64,000 nucleotides of DNA from Lama guanicoe (taxonomy: Eukaryota). The translations under genes and the position numbers were made by a program. The stretch is from positions 9,090,134-9,154,133 of the forward strand of contig MU056262.1 in assembly GCA_013239625.1 (NCBI GenBank). Direction: 5' to 3'. The notes under the pieces are model-generated. The model did no database searches. It was not told the DNA's origin and was given only the letters and a program-made list of their open reading frames with translations. Below, piece after piece: positions 9,973-22,608 of this stretch. Numbering within the stretch: the stretch's first letter is position 1; every line of letters begins with the position of its first letter.

Positions 9973-11899
9973 AAGTAAGGTTTTTATTTGGGTTTCGCCA
10001 TTTTATTTTTGTAAGGACTCAGCTAATGATCCCTGAAACATAGGGGGGATGGGCTTCCCCATAGATTTCTACCTTCTCTGCTTTAGGTCTCAAGGACTAG
10101 GCTGATGCTTCAGTGACCAGGTTTCTCCATAAAGGGGCCCTAAGCAGATGGACCCTAGCCTCATAATGCCTTCACAGAGTTCCTGGGCCACCTCACCCCA
10201 AAGAGTTTGCAGCTTGTACCAGATGGTCCTGGTTTGTCCATGGGTTAGCTCCCTGTGTCCTTTCAACTGGGAGAAGGAGCAACTGAGAACTAAATTGAAT
10301 TGTGGCAACCCATTTCTCTGAGCGTTTTGAATTCCTCGTGAATTTTCAGTTCGAGTTGAAAATTTTGCTCACCATTTTATATCCCTTAGCATACTACAGT
10401 GTCTGGCACACATGGATATGCAGTTACTTAAATCAGTGAAGACCAGAGCTGGAACCAGCCATAGACTTTGACTTTGGTACACTTTCATTTGTGAAGGAGG
10501 TGGGTCTATAGAGGACTTTAAGAATAGGAGTTGGGATTTGTGACCGCTTGACTCATTTTCTTGGCTGTTAACATTTTTTAGATTGGATATTGTAGGGGCA
10601 AAGTGATGTTTTTATCTATAGTTCCAAGCAATTTAGTTCAAAGCCAATGGGGATAGACAAATGCCTTCAAAGCTAGCCCCATTTACTATGGGTGTTGGGG
10701 CATAAAATGGACACTTCTTGGGCTCCATAAAACATGACTACTTTCTCTGTTACTTATGGAAAAGAACCAGTCACCTGGGGCCTTCCCTGTCGTTGCAAAC
10801 TGAAATGAGTTTAAAACGTCTCTCTTGTCTGCTGTTCTCCTGGCCCCTTGACACCAACTTGAGAAACAAGTTTCTGGACTGGAGGAGGTCTGGGGCATAG
10901 GTTGTGCAGGTGAACAGTTGGGGAAGGAACTGGATCTCTCCCTTCCAGGGTTGGTTCTGGCTACTCATAGGTGGCAGAAGCACAGCAGTGCCCTTCCAGG
11001 CCAGCTGGGACTGAAGCTCTTTGCAGGCAGCTATTGGGTTAGTCTCTCATGTGTCCCCACTCCCCTTCAGTAGGAGAGAGGATTTTCCCAGGCTCAAGCC
11101 ATGCTCTTCAGTGAATCCTTTAGCTTCTGTTTGTTGAGGGGACTTACATTGTTTCTGCTTTGGCTCACTTAAACATTTCAGCCTCACTCCCAGGACAGGG
11201 TGAGGGCCAGACTCTGGCCAGGACTCTTACGTCTGGATGTTGTGACCACACAACCTATCTGGTGTTTTAGCTTCTAGGAAGAGGGAGGATAGCTCAGAGG
11301 AAAGGAGGTCCCAGATACACCACAAGCAGGGAAGTGCAGAGTCTCACTGGCTGAGTAATAACCTAGTCAGGCAAAGTAATACAGATATGGGATTTAATAA
11401 AAGCTTGGCCTGGTCTTACCAGCCATCCCCAGAAGGAGAGGGGGTGGGGGTCTGTGAAGATGTAAAACTCTTCTGGAAGAACAAGAGTACTGAGAGATCT
11501 CTGGCCTGGAGAAGCTTTGTAGCTATTAGCTTTACCTGTGGTTCCCCTGCAGTCTCCAACAGGCCTGACCTAGAGATAGGCTTTACTTCAAATGTTTGCG
11601 TTGCCTGGGAAACGACGAAAATGGGAGTTAAAGAAAGGGCAATGGGTGGGAGGGAGATTATGGACACTCTGGTCCCTTAAATCACAGGAAAGGTTTGGGA
11701 GAGCCATTTATTTCTCTTTTTTTCAATAAAAGTTGAGACTCTTAGTTGCCCCAACTGTTTATGAGAAATAAGAAACTTATCACAATGTTTTGTAGACACT
11801 GTAGAAATCTAGAGTAATCTTGTCTTCTGCAGAGCCCGACTTGAGCATTTGAGTCTCCAGCCCAAGGAAAGCCTCCCCTGCTTGAAACCAGCTTTGGGT

Positions 11900-13020
11900 C
11901 CGACTGGCACCCGGCAGGGCGCAAGAATGTTGGGACAACAGAAGTTATGGGTACCGCCCGGGCTGGCCTTAGAGCACCACCTGGAAGAGCCGAAGGGGCG
12001 GTCAGAGCACCAAAGAGGGGTGGGGGTTTGCGAGCGGAAACAGCCCAGGGGCCCAGGGAGGGGCGGCTAAGCCAGTTTGGGGCCAGGCCGAGCTCCCACG
12101 GAGGCGGGACCAACACCAAACGGCCGCGCAACCAGGGCGGAGCTGGACCAGCTGGGACCTGGCGACAACTGAGCCCTGACCCCTGCCTGGCGCCGAGCTC
12201 GGGTGTTCCAGAGGCTTCCGCTAGACCACAATTCTCAGGGGCTCGCCCCGGCAAGCTCCCTCCCCGATTTAGCCTCACCTCCCGCGCTGCAGGCCGTGTC
12301 TGGGCCTTGGCGCATAGGACGTCGGGAACTGTAGTTTTCTCCAATCAACGTATGCCAGAAAGGAGCACAAGGGGACTGCGTTTCCCAGAGTGCAGCGGGG
12401 TGGCGAGGGAAGGCAGGGGGGAAGGGACAGTCGGTCGCAGACCGCGCTGGGTTGCCGCCGCCGCTGCCGCCATCGTGCCAGCCCCTCGGGTGAGTGTCGG
12501 GGGCTAGCGCGCCTGGGCGGGGGCTGGGCCGCAGGAGGCGCTCTCCGGTCCGCCTGGAGCCTCCGCTGCGAGTTCCTGGGCGGCCCCTCCCCGCCCCCTC
12601 CCCCCAGCGGCCCGAAGCCGCGCAGGGCCCGGGCCATGTGTCGCGCGCGGCTCCGCCTCCCGCCGGTCCTCTGAGGCGGCGGCCAGGGGAACACAGAGAC
12701 AGTCAGGAGCCTATCCTGGGCGTTCCTTGCCCGTGGCGGACGCACCGGACCGCGCCGGGGCCGGGCCTTTTTCTCTAGTCTGGACCATCCAGATGGGGCT
12801 CTCCGGGCCCCGCCCCGTCTGGCCTAGACGGGCCTGCCCGAGTCCCTCAAAGTCTGCAGGCAGGCTAGCGGGCCGACCCCAGGCCTACGTCCTGCCGCCA
12901 GCCTGAAAAGGATCCGGGGATGGGCAAGCTCCACCCGGCTCACTCTGGAGTCAGCATTGGGTAAGGGCGCCCGCCTGCCGCAGCCCTACCCTCACCCGGT
13001 TCCCAGGCGTAGCTGGGCTA
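11900..13020. promoter_or_regulatory. NUTF2 CpG-island promoter (probably bidirectional) with ZNF143/THAP11 motifs at 12323-12335 (minus, ACTACAGTTCCCG) and 12375-12394 (plus, ACTGCGTTTCCCAGAGTGCA), and CCAAT at 12341
   Basis: CpG density and motifs read directly. Confidence 0.8.
12410..12489 (+). other. NUTF2: NUTF2 non-coding exon 1 (5' end approximate)
   Basis: GC-rich leader ending CCCCTCGG|GTGAGT. Joins the acceptor ttcttgcag|GTCTC at 22580, matching the NUTF2 5'UTR as recalled. Confidence 0.75.
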
Positions 13021-16000
13021 GGATGTATGTGAACGCTCCCTTGCTTGCCTGCTTCCTGAGAGTGCACGAAATCTATCTCCCACTGTGTGGAACTCATGCG
13101 TAGGTTCTCGCGTGGAGAGCAGGGTCAGGGAATCTGGGGCTGGAGGGCGGTTCAACGTGGGACTTTACCTGCGGCCAGCCTTGGAGAATCTGGCCTGATG
13201 CGACTCTTAGGCCCAGCCCTTGACCTTCCCTGTATCAGTGACCAGGCCACAGCTGTGGATGGATTGGCCGGCCCTGTAAGCGGAGGGATGACGAAAAAAA
13301 GCCAAGGAGGTGAAGTTGAATGTATGAGCCTTCAACACGTTATTACATCTCTTCAGCACAGCCTATTCCTCACTTTTGCCCCTCCTAGGGTCATCTGCCC
13401 TCCTACCAGAGGAGAATGATTCCATAAGAATAATACCGATAACGTGGGGTTTAACGGAGGGTCAAGTAGAATCCAGGTCTGAGGTCCATGAGCCTAGTGC
13501 CACAGGAGAGGCTGGACTGCAAGCGACATTGGACATGGAGCTCACTTGGACTGCTGGGCTTATATTCGGACTCTGGGGCCCTTCTGAAGCCTGGCTGGCA
13601 GAACTAGAGTTGTAGGCTGCAGAAGGTCAGGCTTTCCTCACTTATTTGCTCACTTTCCAACAGCTGAGGAACCTATGAATGTCAGGAAGCTGGTTAGGCC
13701 TTGGGAAATTGCCTTTAATGATGGCTCCAGGGACTCCATTGAATCTGGAGAAGGGGGTATCTAGCCATAGAGTAGTTTTCTGACAGGCTTTGTAAAGGCA
13801 CTTCTGACTGAGTGATGATGAATTAAAGGACGAGTTTAGAGAAGAACATGGGATTTGGGAAGAGACAGTTTGTCAAGCCTTGATTCGTATGACCCAGTGC
13901 TGCTTCTGAGCCACAGTTCTTGCAGGGACGAAAGAAGCAGCCAAGTCTCTGTACACCTGGCCTCAGCAGCAAGCTGGTCTCTTAGGAGAGCTGAATTAGG
14001 CCCATAATGCAGAAAGCTACCACCCATGAAATTTTCTTTTCCCTTGAGTATTTCTCTAGGTCATATTTACTGGTAATTGGACTCCAGCCTTGTTTTCCTG
14101 CAGTTAAATTGCATTCTCCCTGGTTCAGGAGGACAGGCAAGGGTCTGTCCAGATCTCCTAACCAGGGCCTGCCTTCTCTCTGAACGCAACTGTCTTAGTC
14201 CACATTCTAGCTCAGGAGCACATGCAACTCAGGTTCATTCAGTAGGCTCAGGAGAGGCCTAGTTTGCCAGTGAAGGCGGGCAACAAGGAGAGACTACCCA
14301 CAGGACACACATAGCATCAGTGTGGTTGGATCTCTTAGTCTATAAGCAATTATAGACTCAAGGTTGTCTGGGTTGGTTCTTTCTAGGACACTGGTTTCAG
14401 GTGAGTTAGGCTTTATGGCTATGAATTATTTTGCACATTTCAAAGCCCTGGGTGGCTTGATCACGACAGTTTTCTTAAAGGTCAAAAAGATTCTGTTCCT
14501 TCTCAGAGGTTACCCAGGAATAGGAGGAATTCAGGTCCCTCACTCTCATTCCAGTCCTGAAAGTTCATTATAACTTATGTGTCTGATGTCAGTTAGCCAT
14601 TGCTAGGCATCCTGTCTCCCAGAAGTCCTTGACCTTTGTGGAATTTGGCAGGCCATCTGCATCTCAGAGGTAAGAGCAGGACCCTGAGGTTCTCCAGAAT
14701 CAGTCTGCACGTTCTATTCATATAGGGCTGACTTAGGAGGTGGGGCCTGGCATGGGACAGTCAGGATATGGCTGCATAAGCATGGGGGCAGGGTGTGAGG
14801 ATGCTGGGTTCTCAACCAGCTCAACATTAGGTTCCTTAGTGACATGGAGCCCACCTTTTTTCTCTGAGCCATGTCTCAGTTTATTCCGCTCTCTTTGCAG
14901 TTGGTGGATTGGGATGAAATGAAAGATTTAAGTGAAAGAACTCTTAAATTTTAGAAGTGGAAGTCACCTTGTATCAAAAAAACTATTGGATTCCCCTACC
15001 AAGGCATCAGTATCTTGCTTGAAACTTTTTTCTCCTTTCTCACCAATGATCCATTTTGTTCAGCAATCATTCTTTGGGTCGTTTCTGTATGTCAGGCTCT
15101 GGACTGAGGCTAGAGATAGAATAATGAATCCTATCAAGTCCTGGTGCTGGGGAAAGGAGGTCACAGTAGTGGGGGAGACAGGAGTAATGTTGCTGTTATA
15201 TGCTGAGGGCTAAATTGAAGGGACCCACAGGGCCCTCTGCAGAAGTGGGGGCTTCTGAATGATTAGAGCACCAAAGAGGACAGGCTGTTAGTAAGCCCAC
15301 TCTCCTTTCCAGTGCCTCACAGAAACCACAGAGCAAAGTATACCTCAGGATGTTGGGCCCAGGAAGGTCTGGGGTCCCTTGAGGGATGCTGTCACTACTG
15401 CAAATTGCTATGGCTGTTCCTTTTCTCTCCCGCAGGAGTCTCTGCTGGGTATTCTCCCGATGCCTGGGAATCTCACCAGCATTTTGTGGTCTGTGGTCTT
15501 CTCATTCCCTGGCTGGATCCTAGGTTTATGGCTTCTGCCCCTTTCACTGAGACCCTCTAGGGTCACTTTAAAGTGCCCAGTGCTCCTGTAGTGATACCTA
15601 TCAGGACATCTTCCCAGAGTGAAACACAGAGGCGCCCTCTCCAGAAATGAAAGGGAATAGTCCTTTTTGGAGATAGGGGTGTGGATCCAAAAAGTTTTCC
15701 ACAGAATGGACGTTGAAAGTTGGGCAGGATTCCTCTGTCCTGGGGTTGAGCTGAACCTCCTGATGGGCCTTTTTTTAAAGTTATTTTTTTTCTGATGAGC
15801 CATTTGGGGATATTTATGAGTTTGAAGTTAGCTACCCCTTTCCCAGCTTTGAGATTTTGTGGTTCTCTTGCTTTGACCATATGTGGCAAGAATCCTTGAC
15901 TCCCTCCCTGAGGGCGGCAACAGCATGTGGGTTGTCCCTGCAGTGACTTCCAGGGCTAGAATCAGTCTGGAGTGACTAATCATTTAGGTCAGCACCCTGA

Positions 16001-17534
16001 CCACCAGGTATCTATGGTACCTTCTCCCTTCATGCCCTATCAGCTGAAATGTGTCTTCTCGGGAGAAATCTTAAGGTCTTAGTGGCCAGGAAAGAGGGAC
16101 ACAGGAGGGCCCAGTATGACCCTTCTGACTTCCCTGGGCCTTATTCTTTATTTGTTGCTGGGACCTGCTTTGTGCCAACTCCATAAGCCCCTAGGCTGGA
16201 GAGGGGGCTACCGTGGAGAAGCCTCCTTATGAGAGGGTTGTGTCCAAGGTACCTGGGAACTGAAGGCAGTTTGTCTCAGTAAACTAGGGACATTCTGGAA
16301 TGTTTATTTCTTAAAGTCTTGGTACTCCATTGGAGCCACTGGGTCTCACCATGGCAGAAACTGCTGCCCCCTAGAAGGATATATGTGTGTAGAGATCTTG
16401 CAGAGGTAGTTCAGGCCTGGGTGAATGCAAGTTCTCAGTAGTAGGGTATAAACCTGCTTTGACAGGCTGAGTATGCACTCAGAGGCTTTCTGTCCTGACA
16501 GGCATGGAGCTTGCTGATTTCAGTGGAGAACAAAAAGGCCTGGATTTTGTTCCTCACTGCCTCATTTTGCCACCTATGTGCTTTCTGCTTCCTGACATTG
16601 GCTCTTAGCTGTTCCACTCCAGGCCAGTTTTTTGGACATTTTAATGCTGGCTCTGCCCGAGGCCTTGTATAGTCTTGAATTCTTCCTTAACCTTTTGGAG
16701 TCTTGGTTTCTTCATCTACAAAGTTATGATCATCATACCAGCTTCACAGGGCTGTGAGGCTCAAATGAGGGAATACATGTAACTATTCAGCTTGCAGGAG
16801 TTTGACTTATCGTACATGAACCAGCAAATTCATGAATGGGAGCTGTCTAGGACAGGGGTCTCAGAGATCTTTGAGCCACCTGGAAAAGGGCGACTACTCA
16901 GGAACTGAGTAAATGCAGAGCAGAGAGACCAGAATGCAGGTTTCAGAGTTGAGTTTCTAGGCTAACCAGGGCAGCCTGAAGGCCCTGGAGCCCTCCCTCC
17001 AAATAGAAGAGAAGGGAAAGGCCCTTACGGTACTGAAGGCACCAGACCTTAGCTGATTTTTCTCCATACTTCGGGCAGGGAAGGGGTGGATGAGGCCATT
17101 CCTGGTCCTGGGTCGAGGCTGCTCCACAGTGTGGTGCCCCTACAGGAGGCTGAGTTACCCACCTTCTTCCTAGCTCTTGACCTAGTGTTCACCTAGGACC
17201 AGCCAATGACTCCTTATAACTGGGCCCTGCTTCATACCCTCAGTTGATTACCCTAACTTCCTCATAATTAACTGATGAGGGGACAGGGTCAGAGAGTCAT
17301 CCCTTGAGGGAGAGGAGGAGCTAGCTAGAGGCCAGGCCTTTGAGGGTGTGGTTGTGTGCCTGCTTTTCAGCCACAGTTGTCCCTCCAAAGAATTGTTCCT
17401 TAACAACTGGGACAGAACATTTGAGTGAAAGGGAGGTAGGTCACTTGGCCACTTAAATTGAACAGGGTTTGTCCAGAACTCACTCCTCCAGAGAAGAAGG
17501 GCTGGACCAGGTATCTTGGGAACAGGGATGCCCC

Positions 17535-17945
17535 AGTCAGGGAGACAGACCATAAACAAATACATAGGTGTGACAGTCTAATGCAGTGACAAGTGCTAAG
17601 ACAGTACAGGATGGTGAAGTGAGTAACTGGGTGGCTATGTTAGACTGAGTGGTCAGGGAAGATGTCTGTGAGGAGATGACATTTGAGCTGACCCTTACAA
17701 GTGACAAGGAGTCAGACACATGAAGATCTAGGGGGAAGAGTAATCTAGGTAAAAAGATCAGCAGTTGCAAAGCCCTCGGCTGGAACAGGCTCGACATCTT
17801 CCAGAAACAGGAAAATGCCCAGAGTAGCTGCAGAGAAGGGGAGGCATTGAGTAGCAGGAGATGAAGTTGAAGAGTCGGGAGGCCAGGTTACCCAGGGCCT
17901 TGAAGGCAGGATAAGTGGTTGAGACTTTGTCAGTGGGGAATGGGA
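17535..17945 (-). mobile_element. L2 LINE fragment
   Basis: gggagacagaccataaacaaa...gtggtcagggaagatgtctgtgaggagatgacatttgagctga, characteristic of antisense L2. Confidence 0.65.
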
Positions 17946-18659
17946 AGGACAGTCATTGGAGGGCCATAGGACAGGATACACAGCACCCCTCACCATGAAG
18001 AGAGAGGCAATTTGTTACTGAGGGACAGGTACCCTTCAGTGTCTTCCTGTCTAGCTGTAGCCCACCACCTTCCCCTCACTCCCTGCAGTACACGCCTGTG
18101 CTCTGGGTTTAAGCCAAGGTTGGCTGTCAATCCCACTTGTCAGAGGAGTCCTTCCCAGCCTTTGTTGGTTGGGAAGTCCTGGCAGACAGTACATGTGAGG
18201 GTAATGGCCATGTTTGGTGCTGATTTCAAGGACCTCACTACAAGCTTGGCACATCTGCTGGCATTCTCTGTGGGCCTTGGTGATGGACCCTCAAATGTAA
18301 GCATCCTTCTATGTATCAGTATGAAGTTAGTAATGTCCTCTTCCCCATCACTCTCCTGCCCCCATCCCTGCCTCAGGTCCAGCTAAGCCAGGATCTATCT
18401 CGGCTTTGCTGAGATGGTAGAATGGGGTTGTGACTTTGAAGGTTTGGGAAAACTACGAGATCATTCCCTGTGAAAATGCCTATTGTTTGGTGTGGAAATC
18501 TGCCTGGTTCCTTTGTTTGGAGGCAGAAGCACTATCAGGCCTGTCTTGCCCCATCTGAGAAAGTCAAGATTAGAGATCCAGGGCTTCAGCCCTACATACT
18601 GTTCATTTTTATCTCCAGACCAGTCGTCTCTGGGAGTCCTGGCTCTGGAGTCCTCTAAG

Positions 18660-18820
18660 CCTAGTTCGGTCTAGTTCCACTATCTGTTAGGCCTGTGACC
18701 TTGAGCAAATTAGCTGACCTTGCTGAGCCTCATTTTGCTCATCTCTAGCATGGAGTTGACTCACAGGGTGTTTAAAACAAGTGCACATAAAGCCCTTAGC
18801 ATGTTTCTACACCTAATACG
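18660..18820 (+). mobile_element. MIR SINE fragment
   Basis: ctgtgaccttgagcaaattagctgaccttgctgagcctcattttgctcatct, a MIR core-like sequence. Confidence 0.55.
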
Positions 18821-21800
18821 CATTAGGGAAAATGAGACGTTAGCAGCTGGACACAGCTGTTTCAAGTTTTGAAATACTGGAAACACTGACCCAGAATTTG
18901 GGGATAAAAATGAAGATTTTCTATTACCCAATGGGATCTTCTGGGCCAGCAATTTTAACCTGGGGTCTATGACTGACCCTCAGGGAGTGTGAGCAACTTG
19001 AAATCACTCACAAGGCTGGGTCATCTCTGCCTCTGTGCAAGTTTATTAAGAGAGGGCCACAGTTTTTGAGGCATTCTTAGAGGGTCTTTGTACCCACAGA
19101 GACCTAAGGGTCAGTGAAGGCTAATGCTCAGTGGGCGAGAGGTCACCAAGGTCATTTCTGCTCCTCAAGGAGACTGGCCTTGGTCAGCCTGCAGACTATT
19201 GGGGTGAAGCAGGAGATGGCATCGTCAGCGGCCCTCTTGGAAGAGCTGTAGGAGGAGCCATCTTCAAGGTCAGTTCCCAATCTGGTATAAGGCTGCCTCT
19301 GAGCCTTGGCATTTTGTTTCTTTCTAGGCTGTTCTTTAAATGTACTAGAAACAAGGTCAGGGCTTGCTGGCCGTCCTGGGAAACATCCTCCCATCCTCCC
19401 CTGTGTTGCATGGGGATGAGAGGGGGGCTCTGCACCCTGCTGCTTTTTCTGGACTCAGGAATGCTCCCTCCCAGCCATGAGTTGAAAGCTTTGTAGAAGA
19501 TTTGGAATTAGAAATCTTGCAGTTTGCTGGTCCATGCTCTGTGCTGGGAGATTGGAGGGGTGGAATAGGGTGTGGCAAGAACCACATTGCAACCCTCACA
19601 GCCCAGAGTTACCATGTTCGGGCAGAGGAGTGGACCCTGGGTGTGTTGATATGGATTTGCACATGGTTTTGGGGTCAACATTTGAGTCTAGGAAGGAGGA
19701 CCCAAATAGGTGGCAGCTGAACAGTGACTTGAGGGGAGAGCAGGAACTGACCAGGCAGTCAGGAACTGATGAGGGGAGAGAGGGCATCCTGGCCTAGGGA
19801 CTCACCTGTGCAAAAAACACAAGGAGCAAACGTGCAGCGAGTTCTGGTGTATTTATGTGTGGAGCTGGATGAAGGAAGGAGAGAATAGCTAAGGAGTTAG
19901 GGATAGGTGTGGATAGCCACCTGTGGAACTTTGAGGGTTTGACCTTTAACACAAGTGTTTTGTAGGGGAGAGACATGGCAGCCTTGTGGTTTAGAGCTCA
20001 GGGATGCAAAGTTGTCAGAAATAAAACACTGACCTTGACCAGACGACCCAGATCAGCATTGATGTACTGGGTCGGCTTGGGGCAAGACTCCCCACATAGC
20101 TGAACCTCAGTTTTCCCACTTGTAAAGTGGGATGACTGAAATCTGACCACATGGCGATTGTGGTCACTACATAGAGGTAAATGCATCATAGTCAAGCAGG
20201 CCTTGAACAAGGTTGGTATTGGCCTCAGCAGACCCACTTGACATCTTTAAAGCAGTTTTCAATCCACATACTTTTGAAGTTTCCTTCTCGTACTTTCTGG
20301 GGGCCCCCTGAGCAGTCCTGTTCCTCGGGACTGCCCTGCTCTACTAGACTAAAGAGCTCCTCTGTCCCTTTATTCCTCCATCCTCTTTATTCCACCACTA
20401 CTTCTGCCAAGTAGTTTTTTATTAGCAAGTTATCACGCCATTAGGAACAATGTTGAAAAAGGAAAAGACACCCCCACACTTCCTCCACCTCACCATCCCA
20501 CCATATGGTGCCACTTTTCTTGTCTCTGAATCAGCTTGTTGCCTTATTTCCCTTCACCTTCCATCTCCACCTTCCCAGTTTCCCACCCTTATCTCTTCTC
20601 GTGCCCCCAGACATTTGCTTACGCTGTTTCTTCTGATTGGCATACTCTTTCTCCAAGACTTTCCATGAAGGCTGCCCAGCCTTGCTGAGGACAGAGGGAG
20701 AGGTGGCCCTTATCCATTCCTCCAGCTTACCACCTGCCTCAGGGTTCTTGGGAGCTGGGCAAGGCGTCTTGTGGGTAAGATGTGATAGGGTCAGGCCTCA
20801 GTCAATGAGCCAAACATAGTGAATACTAGAGTGGGAGGGGCTGAGATGTGAGATGTGGGGCTGTGCCTTGCCTCCAGTAACCCATGTTTGTGTGTGGGTA
20901 CAGGCACAGTCTGATCCCTTGGAAATATGACCAAGACACAGCAGCTGAGACCAGCTGTTGACCCTGTACTTTCCCCACTTGTTGATTTGTTTCTTAGCAA
21001 AGTGTGAATTGAGACACACCTTGTCCCAAGCAGGCATGGCCGGGTCCAAGCTTTCTCCTCTGCTTGTTTTAGACTTTCCTGGACATTTCTTAGTCATCCC
21101 AGCACTGAGCTGCTATTTTTAGTGCAACTACCTCCTAGAGGACCTAAAATAAAGCTGGCTCAGCTTCCTGGCCCCTTACTGGCTGGTGTGTTGGTCACAG
21201 GCTGGGAGACTGGCTGGATTGGGGATGAGCCACTGCCCTCCTACACTGTTCTTCCCCCTGGCTTCTCTGGCCTTGGGTGAAGTCATAGAGACTGGAGTGA
21301 ACTAGCACTTACCACGTTGAGCTGAGAGCTTTACTAGGTTCCCTTCGTGAGGCTTCATAACCAGTGGCAGCATTAGGATTCCAGCCCCTTACAGAGGAGG
21401 GAGCTGAGGCCCTAAGAAAGGCAGTGACTTGCATCAGATCCCACCACTGCCAGTGATTGTCTGCCGGAGTCAAACCCACTTCCTTACTGCTTTGGTTCAG
21501 AGTCCTGTTACAAGGAGAGAGGGAATGAGCTCCTCTACAGTCAGAGGCAACTGCAGAACAACACACAGGTGTTCTGTCATGAGATCCTGCAGTGAGATGT
21601 GGGCTTCCTACATGGGAGGGGCCTAGCAAAGCCTGAACAGCTCTTTCATCTGGGACTTGGATTTTCCATCTAGCAACCTTGGGTTCCTGATATCTGTAGC
21701 TGGGAGGGGTCTCCCCTCCCCCTCAGAGACAAAAGAGGGGCAGTCCCTTATGATAGAGCCAGTGCTGGGATGGAGAGATGAAGTCATGACACATTTCCCC

Positions 21801-22608
21801 CTCACAGACTTCATTTCCCCTCCCAATATTTCTCCATTATTACCTGAGACCCTCTGAGTTCATGTCCCCAACTCTGAAGTGGGTAGGTGTAGCCCCTATC
21901 AGTGAAGAAATGAAGTGTCACCTGGCCTCAAAGAAGTAAACTGCCCCCTTTAAGACAAGGGTGCGTGGATGTCACTCGCTGTTTTTTTTGCAAATGTGGC
22001 CTTGAGAAGCCATTCTCCCCTACTCACTGGGTCTTCCACCTGCCCTTCCAGTAAAATCCTGGGGCAGTGTTGAGGGACTGAGGGCTACAATAGAAGACAC
22101 TCCACCCATAGACATCAGTAGTTCCCAGCCTACAAAGTGGGAAGAATAGCAACAACTGGCCTTGCAGGTTGTTGAGAGGATTAAATGAAAAGCTATGGGG
22201 AGCATGCTTAGCTCCTCCTTAAAAACCCATCCCGCCGTTGGGCTTGCTCTGAGCTTCCTTTGTCCTGGCTCCACCCTCAGCATCTATCCTGTGTACTCCA
22301 GGATCCTGCCAGCCCTCTGTTTCATCAACAGAGCTCCTCAAAGATGGGGCTGAGTCTAGTCCACCTCTGGGCTCCCTGCTGGTCTGTACTGAGGGGTCGC
22401 TTATTAGTTCCCTGGCCCCTCTCTGTATTCCCTGGGAGAACAGACCTCAGCAAAGGACTCCCTGCTCAGGGAGGTCTGGGAGGGGTAGGGGTCAGTGAGG
22501 AGACAGTGTGGCTGACTACCTCCTCCTTCCACAGTACCAAAATACCAACACTTTCTTCCCTGTCTGGCTGTTCTTGCAGGTCTCAACGAGGCCGGGTGAC
22601 GCTCCAGA

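Noticed and set aside
11742-12778. Several 150-200 aa ORFs on both strands in the NUTF2 CpG island (likewise 28078-28889 at EDC4)
   Set aside because: Low-complexity Gly/Arg/Pro/Ala ORFs typical of GC-rich promoters.
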